Origin: Eledone cirrhosa | Taxonomy: Eukaryota | Direction: 5' to 3' | Length of the DNA: 64,000 nucleotides | Assembly (NCBI GenBank): GCA_964016885.1 | Contig: OZ024745.1 | Coordinates: 27,280,001 to 27,344,000, forward strand | Shown here: positions 53,934-64,000 of the stretch, one piece after another | Layout: each line of letters opens with the position of its first letter | Numbering within the stretch: the first letter of the stretch is position 1 | Notes under the pieces: generated by a model | Seen by the model: only the letters and a program-made list of their open reading frames with translations | What the model was told of the DNA's origin: nothing | Databases searched by the model: none | Program-made: the position numbers and the translations under genes

Positions 53934-54131
53934 CGAGGGTTGGCTGAAAAGTTCATAGTCTAACCAAGATACTCTCATGGAATGACCAAATGAGGTTTAT
54001 TTTTCAAAATAGTCCCTAAAAAGAAACAATGCAGTTATTGATAAGAAGAGTTGAAATTAATATGTGCAAGATTTCATAACTCTAGCCTCAATCCTTCATA
54101 GTCAGCCTATGAACCTTTCAGTCAGCCCTTG
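53934..54131. mobile_element. Mariner-like MITE
   Basis: CGAGGGTTGGCTGAAAAGTTCATAG / CTATGAACCTTTCAGTCAGCCCTTG|TA. Confidence 0.8.
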
Positions 54132-54261
54132 TAAGCAATTTTCCATTATAGAATCAGGGGTCGTTTCAAGCAGTTTTTATTGTTCTAATAATATTATTTT
54201 AGACAAAATCTCAATTTTGGGGATCATTCATAATGTGTATTTTCTTTCTTTTATATTTTAG

Positions 54262-54860
54262 CTAAAGGTCTATGGGTTGATAAGGATTCAAACATGTCGC
54301 TAAAACCCATGGAAATTAACCTACAACCCCCTGATTTACCAACATTAATTCCACGAGAAAGCAATCCACAGTTAACGAAGTCACAAAGTTCTAAAGAATT
54401 ATCAGTGCTGAAACTTGCTTCAGTGTTTGATGAATGTCAAGAGGAAATGTTCCAGCTTGATGATGAGTCTGATGATCTGATGCCATCCATGACTCTCTCT
54501 CAGATAACAAAACAAAGGAAAATGTCAAAATCTCATGATAAATTGAATGAATCTATACAAGAAATGTCTCGAATGGCAAAACAAAATGAAAAAAGTAGAG
54601 GTTTAAGCCGGTTTAAGAGCGACTCAAACCTCAATCATGAGCGGTCTGACATGTCCCTTGTCGAAAAAGTTTCTTTAATGAATTTAACTGCATCTAAAAA
54701 ATCAGATGAGCTGAAACCCATGAACACACAACGCCAAATATCCCATGAAAGCTTCGACAGTGACATCTCAGATTCTGAAAGCAAACTAAAGAATTGGTTC
54801 TTAAAAAAGCCAGTATCAATGTCACAACGAGAGATCAATGCTATTTCACCATTTCCCTGA
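54262..54860 (+). CDS. Coding exon 2 (terminal) of the 248-aa protein
   Basis: Acceptor TTTCTTTCTTTTATATTTTAG|CT. G+CT=Ala, then KGLWVDKDSN runs in frame into the 188-aa non-repetitive ORF. Stop at 54858-54860, AATAAA at 54940-54945. Confidence 0.82.
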
Positions 54861-55201
54861 TCTGCTGTTCATGTCTTTGACATTGCTTTATTCTAAATGG
54901 TCTACTGGGTCACAAGATGAATTAAAACAACAGTACAACAATAAAGAAGTGTACATTCTTCTGAAGTTAACTATTATGTTTAGTTTGTCAATCAACTAAG
55001 AATCTCCAGAGATGTTAAAAAATGTCCTTTAATGTTAGGTTTTCTGACTATTGAACAACATTTTTCATTCTTTGTGATAATTGATATAATTTATTGATTG
55101 TTTTTTCTTTTATTTTAAAATGTTCAATATAAGATTCCAACATGAACAAACATTTTATGTGTATAAATAGCACAATGTTTGGGCATAAGTCTGTCCATAT
55201 G

Positions 55202-55248
<47 letters not shown>

Positions 55249-57329
55249 GTTTTGGCATAACAAAGACACACACACCCATTGCTACTAGTCTTTGAAACCC
55301 AAAGCAACAACCAAATTAACTGGTAATTAAAAAGAGCCTATTATAAAATGACTTTTGGAACAGTATGTTGAAAACTTGCACCAGTTCCATAGAATGTATA
55401 TGAGTAAACAACAAAGAGTATATTTTAAAATTCTAGTTTATGTACATTGTATCACTCACTTGAACATTTGGTCTCAGTCCTTCACATTTTTGGTTATTTT
55501 ATAGAATTCTTCTGAGCAAAGAGCCACTCTCTGCTAATACATCTTTTTATTTATTTTGATTCTTTTAAACATTTAAAGATGGCCAGGAAATGTCAGAAAC
55601 ATAGCTATCCACTCCGGCTAAAATTATACGTTATATAAAAACACAAATACCTCCAAATACCCCCTTCCAAAATTGTGCCTCTTACAATATTGAAAAACCT
55701 ACTGATCATTCTCTTAGAACACTTACAAATGCTTTTATGAATGCACAGAAGGACTTTCAAATATGATATCTGATTTACGAAAGTGTTTTGAAATGCTTGA
55801 AGTTTTACATATGTATGCATGTGTGTGTTTGTTTGCATAAACAAGCTGAACAAAAGAAAAAAAAAAAAAACAATGAGAGCCAGGAAGAAACTCTGGTTTG
55901 CACTCGAATATATTACTATTTGGTTCAGCTTTATGTATAAACCTGGGCTGATATGATTTGTGTTGTTCAACTCTTTGCTAACAGTTCACTATTACAATTT
56001 GAACCCAGTATAATGCTGAATGCCATCTAAATTTCTAGTTTTGTGTAGCCTCACAGTGACTATGTACCAATGTCCTAAGATAGACTGCTCATAAATGGAC
56101 ATAATGAATTGTTTCATCATTAAAGAAATAGAATTATATTTTTGCTTCTAAGAATTTTTGCATTATGGTACTGTTCTACTGTAAGATTACATAAAATATC
56201 AAGTTTGGATTCCTTTTTTTCACATACATATGTATACTGTAGTGTTTGTGTAACACAATGGTTCATCTTGAAATCCCTTCCTACTACCAGACATTATATG
56301 GTATTAAGCCATGTCTAACATCAGTAGAAAATGTTGCTATACCAGACTAAGGAGCCCTGTTTACTCTATATTTGTTGCCTTTACTATGGATGTTCTGAAA
56401 CTTGTATAAATTTATTTCCCTCCTATAAACCCCCTCCCTCCTTAAGCCCTTATAGCAGAAATATCCATGGCAACTAACTATGTAAGAATTAACAAACTTT
56501 TAACAAGGGCGGGTACAATCACATGATATCAAACGGTTGGTGTTGCCACTCAGTATATTTTAGTTGATACAGATACCTCATGTCTCAGATGAGTTAATCA
56601 TTGTCAGGATATTAACACATTTTAGTTACTATGAAATATCTCATGAGTTGGATGAGTTATATGCTAAGATATGCATAGTCAAAGGGTTAACGAGGTAAAG
56701 ATCCACATGCTTCACTGCACAGGTAGCCAGGTGAAACTGCTTTGTAAAGGCCAGAGAAATAGGTAGATAGTGTGGGCCTTTTAAGAAAACTGAGGTAGAT
56801 CAGTAAGTAAATAGATAACAAAGACTTAATTAGCTTGCTGTTACTGCTTTTTCTTGAAAGAACCTTGCTTCCTGCTTCTTTTGTAAGTATGTATATAGAA
56901 TATCATATGTATGTGTGATTGAGTATGTATATATGTATGGCAGTAAAAATCTGTTATTTAGGTTCTTAATACTAAAGGTACTGCTATGGGAACAATACCA
57001 TATTAAGAATATCTTAAAACATCTATCACCTACCCCCAAATCCTAGACAGTAGGAAAGCAAAGAAAGTTGTTTCAGAAAATGGTGATATTTTAAGGTAAA
57101 ATTGAAAAAAAAAGTAAAGAATAAATAAAAGAAAAATACTACTGTTTAACATAAGTATTGGTTTGTTTATCTTACAAGACTTTGTGTATTGTTGTTCTGT
57201 GTTTCTTTATTGTCAACATGAATGAGTGATGAAACACAAGTGTGTTAAATGAAAAAAAAAAAAGGTGGGCACGTGATATATATGAGTTATAGTGAGAAGA
57301 CTGCTCTGATATAGACATGTGACTAACAC

Positions 57330-57993
57330 TAAATACAAAGAAAACCGAATGCATGGTGGTCTCCAGAAAGCCTCAGATACCATCATGCAACATCACATGT
57401 AGTGACATAAACATCAAACAAGTATGATCCTTTAAATACCTTGGATATACCTTGATGTCAGATGGCAGAGAAATAAAGAAAAGTATTACCTTATCGAAAG
57501 ATGTTTTTAACAAAATGAAATCCATATTTACAAACAGAAACATCAGTATATATACAAAATTCTGAATCCTAAAAACATACGTATGGCCCGTCCTATACGG
57601 TTGTGAATGCTGGACAATAAGCAATAAAATGTCAAGGAAGTTGGACACTGCAGAAATGTGATTCATCTGGAGAATATTCAAAATACCTTGGATGGAAAAG
57701 AAAACCAACGATTAACTCCTAAGACAGGCAGGCATGGAAAGATCTCTTGTCCATATTATAGAAAGAGGCAGTTCGAATTCTTTGGCCACATAAGCAGAAG
57801 AGATGGTTCAGAGAAGCTGATTCTTTGTGGCAAGATCGCTGGGAAGAGGAGACAAAGAACAACATTTACAGACAGCTTCAACAAAAATAGGATGAGAAAG
57901 ACCGACCTCATCTGGAACACTGACAACTGGAAGGACTGGAAAGCCATGATTGCCGATGTCTGGAACAGACCTGGCACCTGATGATGATGATGA
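57330..57993 (+). mobile_element. RTE-clade LINE 3' fragment, decayed
   Basis: KTECMVVS, FKYLG, YGCECWT, FGHISRRDG..LILCGKIAGKR and WKAMIAD, with (TGA)n tail. Confidence 0.85.
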
Positions 57994-58199
57994 TACATAT
58001 GTGAAATATCTGTTGTAGAGAGAGGGCTGCTCTGGTGTAGACATGATATATATGTAAGGTATCAGTTGTAGAGACAGGACTTCTTTGAATGACACTGAGG
58101 CATAGACAAGGTAAGAAAGGGGAATAGGAGAAGACAGTGTTGTGTATTATATGATAGTTTTAAAAAAAGCCTACATGGTTAAGTCTTCAGAATACACAT

Positions 58200-58661
58200 T
58201 CAAAGCAGTGGGGTAAATATATACATATTTTGGGGGTAACCAGTTAAAAAAAAGTACTCAATGCAGAAATAGAGTATAAGCATCATTATTTAATATAGAA
58301 ATGGCTTCTACAAGACTGGAATTGTTTTATTTGTATGAAATCATTATTAAAACTCTACTTCGGTATTAAATACTGTTCTCTCAACTGTCAACCACATATG
58401 TGTATATATTTCATTTTATTAAGGCTAAATAGTGAGTCTTGTTACCCTGAAGTTTTGCCTTCTTTGATTAATAGGCGAAACTCCAGAGTAACAAGACCGA
58501 CTATTTAGCCTTAATAAATTGAATATTAAAACTCTACTTCAGTATTGAGTACTCTTTTCTGTCAACTACATATGCGTGTATAGATGTATATATCTGGAGT
58601 TTCGCCTATTAATCATAGGAGGCAACACTTCAGGGTAACAAGACTCACTATTTAGCCTTAA
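58200..58661. mobile_element. Cluster of fold-back mini-elements with hammerhead-like cores (possibly Penelope-derived)
   Basis: ~30-bp arms at 58415-58445 and 58488-58518 around CTGAAGT..GCCT..AGGC-GAAA-CTCCAGAG-TA. Inverted partial copy at 58593-58661. Tail duplicated at ~58345 and ~58524. Confidence 0.6.
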
Positions 58662-59645
58662 GCTGGCTGTGGACAAGTGTACCACCATGCATTTTGGAAG
58701 GAAAAATCCAGCGTCCACATACTCCCTCCACAACACTGATATCAAAAAGTCCTCTTGTGAACGTGACCTGGGCATTACTGTCAGCAACGATTTGCGTTGG
58801 ACAAAGCATGTCTCTAAGATTGTCAAGAAGGCCGAGGGTGTCTTGGCATCACTCAGCAAGACCTTTATTAGCCGCTCTTCAGCCATCTATTTAAAACTGT
58901 ATACAGCTATGGTGCAACCACACTTGGAATTCGCATCATCAGTCTGGACCCCTATCTTGCTCAGAACATTGACCTCCTGGAAACTGTTCAGAGACGTGCA
59001 ACCAAGCGCATGCCCTCCATCAGACACCTACCATACTCTGAACGCCTTGCTTCCCTGGGCATGGATTCATTGAAGCTCTGACGTCTGGCAATGGACTTGG
59101 TGAATACCCACAAAGTTTTTAACCATCTCGCCAATTGCAACCCTGAGCGCCTCTTTTATCTCCATGTGTCTAACACACGTGGACATGCCTACAAGATCAG
59201 AAAACAGCACAGCTCCCATGACTTTCGTAGACATTTTTTCACGCTCAGAGTTGCTGAAGCATGGAATGGGCTGCCTGCGTCAATTGTTAGCTGCCGAGAC
59301 ACTGCATCCTTTAAGACACTCATGCTTCCCGAAATACGCCAAAATTACACCTGATGTACCCCTTCCATACACATGCACACGTGTGTATCATGACTCGTGC
59401 ACTGTTCATTTTACTGATGTTTGTGCATTGCCCTATGTACTGTACATGTACTTTTTTGATGAGTTGTGGTGCACCTGGGCACTGTACACAATATTTCATT
59501 ATTGTTATTATTATTATAGCATGACTCATACACTGTTCATTTTCCTGACATTTGTACATTATTCTATGTACTATACATGCACCTTTGATGAGTTGTAGTG
59601 CACCTGAGCACTGTACACAATAATTTCATTACTATTATTTATTAT
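58662..59645 (+). mobile_element. CR1-group LINE 3' end, frameshifted, with duplicated 3' UTR
   Basis: KCTTMHFG, ERDLGI, VQPHLEFASSVW, NTRGH and FFTLRVAEAWNGLP, with (TAT)n tail. Confidence 0.9.
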
Positions 59646-59688
59646 AATATATATATATGTATATATAAAGATATACATACACAAACAT

Positions 59689-60385
59689 ATCATCATCATC
59701 GTTTAACGTCCATATTCCACGCTTGCATGGGTTTGGACGGGAGTTTTCCCACTTGAGGCAAGAATGGTTGTCTTGCTCGCATAGGACTGTCTGGCGGGTT
59801 TTCTACAGCTGGATGCCCTTCCTAACACCAACCACATTTACAGTGTGGAACTGGGAGGTTTTTACCGTGTTACCTACACGGCCACATTACAGCGTGGACT
59901 GTGTGTTTTTTTGTTGTGACACCTACACGACCTCATTTGTTGTGGACTAGATGTTGTGGTACCAACATAACTTTACATTGAAAGGGATGGTGTGGGGGTA
60001 GTGGGACGGGGGTGTATTTTGTTAGAGGTGCCTACTGACTGTAGTAGGTTTCACTTTGTACTTAGGTAAGGCGGGTCTTCTCTATTACTGTGTAGCGCCA
60101 AAGATCTCGGTCCAGTGACATTGTCTTGGAGAGGTGTAAGTGTGTGAGGTCGGAATTTATCAAGTCGTCCCAGGTTTTTCTGGGTCTGCCTACTCCGTGG
60201 CTACCGTCTATTTTTATTGCCCTGCACTTTTTTATACAGCTGTCGTCTTTCATGCGCATCACGTGACCATACCAACGTAGTCTTCTCTCGAGTAAACATC
60301 TGATCCCTCTTATTTCTAATTTTTCCCTTAGTTCGTTTATGCTTTGCCGTTCATGTATATTACTATTACACATCCAGCGGAGCAT
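59689..60385 (-). mobile_element. RTE-clade LINE 3' end with long 3' UTR
   Basis: MLRWMC...[12 protein letters not shown]...GRPRKTW...DRDLWR, with (GAT)n tail. Confidence 0.9.
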
Positions 60386-61917
60386 GCAAGCTTCATATAT
60401 ATATCACCATGACCGTTTAACATCTTATTTTCCATGCTTGCATGGGTCAGAAGTGTTGCCCATGTTATGAGACAAGTCTGGCCAGTTGGCTGCACCATAC
60501 CTTGTTCAAATGGAACTGCAGTTTGGCTGGGTTTTTTATTACAGCTGTATGCTCTTAACACCAGCCACATTTACAGTGTGGAACTACATGTTCCCATTAT
60601 GGGGAGGGTCCTGCTATTTAGCCACACCAGACCTTGCACATACCAGAGCACTGTCCTTCCTAACACCAACCACATTTACAGTGTAGAACTGGGTGGTCTC
60701 GTTATGAGTAGGGTCTGGCCAGTTGACCATACCATATTCTGCTCCTAGCAGAACCATATTTTGGGAGTTGAGTGGGTACATTATGAGGAAGATCTGGCCA
60801 GTTGGCCATGCTGAACCTTGCGCATAGTAGGACCTGTGTTTTGGCTGGGTTTTTATGGCTGTTAGATGCCTTTCCTAACACCAACTACCTTCATAGTGTG
60901 GGACTGGGTGATCTCACACATGAGGCAAGTCTGGCTGTGGAATTGGTACCATCATGGAAAAGGTCATACCTTGTTCATAGTGGGACCGTGTTTTGGCTGG
61001 GATTTCATGACTGCCGGATGCCCTGCCTAAGCACAAACCACATTTATGGTGTGGGCTAGAGCAGTGATGATGAGAACAGTTACTAAGGAGCTATGACTGG
61101 TGTGGTGGGATTTAACAGTGATGTAAGTGAGAAAAGGAGTGAGAGCGATTTTTAGTGGGTTGAGAGAGATAGTGCTGGCCAGAATAATTACTAAGGACCT
61201 ACAATGGAGGTAAGGAAGAGCATAACTGAAGCAGGTCACATACACATTTTTTTTACCTTGTAGGTAAGTCTTTTCCATTACCACATGTTATCAATCCTTA
61301 TACTTTACTATTTCTATCATGAGGTTCAGCTTCTTAAGATCAGTTTTCCCTACTATATATATTACACTCATACACACACAAACATCATCATCATGATTTT
61401 ACATTCTCCTTTCCATGCTTGCATGGGATGCATGGACCCTTTATAGCCCCACTTGTAGCATTCCTTCATCATCCTCTCTGTAAAATATATGGGTCTGAAT
61501 ATGTATGGTGCTGTTGTTGTGATTTTCTAAGTTGATATAAGTGGTTAATTAAATTGATTTAATGCAATACTTACACATATGAAATATTTATCATTTATCC
61601 TGTCTGTTTCCCCAGACTGTGATTTCTTCTCATATATGTATGTCTGTATATCTATATAGCCAAAATACAGTTCCATTTGAGCAAGGTATGGAGCAGCCAA
61701 CTGGCCAGACTTATCTCATAACCTGGATGACCCAGCTAACCTTTGCAAGCATGGGAAATTACATGCTTAAAGGTGATGATGATGATAGAAAATATGTTTA
61801 AAAACGGTCGAGCAGAGTTTGAAAATTGATATTGAGGAGGCATGGCTGTAACTTTTTGACTAGATAGAAAACAACGGGGTGAATAAATGTATAATGGAAA
61901 AATTTGGGTATCAGCAC

Positions 61918-61954
<37 letters not shown>

Positions 61955-61957
61955 TGT

Positions 61958-63025
61958 CTTCTTCATCTTTACCTACTTATTCCTGAGAGGGTCATGGTGC
62001 AGACTCCTCAAAAACTCCTTCCAGTGAATCCTGTTAAAAGCAATTGTCTTTAATTGATCCACCTGGATCCCTAAGCGAGACCAGCCTAGTTCATGGATGT
62101 TATTCAACCATCTTGCTCAGGGTCTATCCCTGGGTCTCCTGCCAGTTGGTTTTGCCCATAAAATCTGTCCTGCCGTTCTTTCCTGAGACATTCTAACCAC
62201 ACACCCATATATTGGATCTATGACCTCAATTCAGAGAAGTAGCAGCTCTACCTAGACCAACTCTCTGATCTCCATGCTGTGCACTCTATCACGTAACGTT
62301 ACTCTAAAGACCCTTTGGAGGAACCCTATTTCAGCCACTTGTATTCACGATCATATTCTTTCGGTCATTACCCAAGATTCATGACCATAGGTAAGGGTTG
62401 GCTCAAATAGCAAGTTTCTCTTTTACGCCTACCTCTCTTCTTCTGATGACCGAATGCTGAAACTAGCACATTACTGCACAAGCTCCTGCAATTCTTGCAC
62501 TTAACTCAGCTTCCTGTCTTTTATCACTCATGAACATGGTCTCAAGATATTTGAACTTCTCTACCTACTTCATTGGAACTCCACATGTAAAATGCACTGA
62601 GTGTCTCAGCTTTCACAGCAATGATTTTCATTCCTGCCATGCGACACTCAGAATCAAACCTATCAAGTGCAAGTCACAGATCATCTTCTGTTGAGTTAAG
62701 TAACACCATGTCGTCTGCAAATTCCAGCCAACTGATTTTACACCTGCCAGTTGTGAAATCACATCCAACCCGACTGTGCATGTCAATCCTGTTCATGTAA
62801 ATAATGAACTGGAGAGGTGACAGTACGAACCCTTGCCAGAGATTGATTCTCACATTGAATGGTTTTGATTGAGCACCATTTATCCAAACACAAATACTCA
62901 AACCTTTGTATAGAGACATCAGTGCAACAAGAAGCTACCATCGATCCCATACTTCTGCAGAACCTTCCACAGTAGGTCCCAAGGAACATGGTCATATGCC
63001 TCTTCAAGGTCTACAAAACAAGATA
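61958..63025 (-). mobile_element. RTE-clade LINE RT/3' fragment, decayed
   Basis: QGFVLSPLQFIIYM...FADDMVLL and KFKYL, with (GAA)n tail. Confidence 0.85.
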
Positions 63026-63385
63026 TATACCTCATATATATGTATGTATAATTTCAAAAAGGTGAGCAAAGACACTGGAAAAATGGACAAAACATATATA
63101 TATACATGTTGTGTATATATATATAAACAAAATTTGTTTTCGCTTTTATATATGTATATATATATAGAGAGAGAGAGATTTTACATATCTCTATACCCAC
63201 TCTACATCTCCCCATGTATCGAGTACTCACATGATTAATGGTCTTCTTGGATTCAGCACTGCAGATTCTCTCTCACTTTCTTTCCTTAGACCAAATGTCA
63301 GAAGTATCAACACTGTGATCTCTAGATTTGGAGAAGTAGGAGCACTACCTGGAGCAAATTCCTGATCTCTGATCTATATACCGAG

Positions 63386-63692
63386 CAGGGTTGGATTTAA
63401 AGGGAGGTAAAGGAGGCAATTGCCCCTGGCCCTCTGCAGTGGGTGGAGGGCACCAGTGACTGCCGTAGCAATTTATTTGTGCCCTCAGCTGGGCTTTTTA
63501 GTTTTAGGATGGTTGGTTAGAATTTTTGAATTTAACACCTGCATGAATAATTTTTCAATTCCAATTACTTGTGCCAAGCTAACTGTGATATGTAAATTGA
63601 GGGGTTTGCTGTGTACTCTAATATTTTGTGTATAAGGGGCGCCCCCAAACCTGAAGTGCCCTGGGACCCCCAAGGTTTAAAATCCAACCTTG
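63386..63692. mobile_element. MITE, paralogue of 21337-21633
   Basis: TIR CAGGGTTGGATTTAA / TAAAATCCAACCTTG. Confidence 0.8.
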
Positions 63693-63749
63693 ACATTGTG
63701 TAATGTACTCCAAAGCCAAAGACCCTTCACAGAAACCCCTGATTTCTGC

Positions 63750-63950
63750 AATAATTGTTTCTACACTTGACACAAGACTAACAATTTGAAGGGAGGGGAA
63801 AGTTGATTAAATTGACCCCAGTGCATTACTGCTACTTTATTTTATTGAACCCTAAGGATGTAAGGCAAAGATTTACACAGAACGTAAATGGCCATTACTG
63901 TATGAGGCAAAACGTATTGCATGCTGCTCTACGGATACTGTCAACCCCAC
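63750..63950 (-). mobile_element. SINE family 1, decayed
   Basis: CCAGTGCATTACTGCTACTTTATTTTATTG..AGGATG..AGGCAAAG. Confidence 0.7.
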
Positions 63951-64000
63951 ATCCTAATTTCTACTATAGGCACAAGGCCAGAAATTGGCGCGGGGGGGGG

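Overview
Eukaryotic, AT-rich, repeat-dense animal DNA. The SINE families and large (TA)n/(TATG)n fields resemble octopod cephalopod genomes (inference from recalled sequences, not searched). Bases 1-17.9 kb are a ~425-unit, 42-bp tandem satellite with higher-order structure. Its unit looks like the amplified left end (8-bp target site plus TIR) of a hAT-type MITE. The array runs directly into that MITE and then two more head-to-tail relatives. The rest is a mosaic of tRNA-derived SINEs, MITEs (hAT-, mariner- and piggyBac-like), decayed LINE fragments (CRE, RTE, CR1), one complete non-coding LTR element (28720-30780, 4-bp TSD), minisatellites and microsatellites, with a 200-N gap. One host gene is supported: a spliced CDS (51378-51525 + 54262-54860, 248 aa, probably disordered), with a candidate CRE-box promoter and 5' exon near 31.6 kb. 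Main leads: (i) the satellite built from transposon ends; (ii) a Penelope-type minimal hammerhead ribozyme (26861-26905) with an inverted partial copy; (iii) short fold-back elements carrying hammerhead-like cores and a shared ACTCTAC-N-GTATTGAGTA tail. Nearly all long ORFs in the track are repeat artefacts. Boundaries of decayed repeats are approximate.
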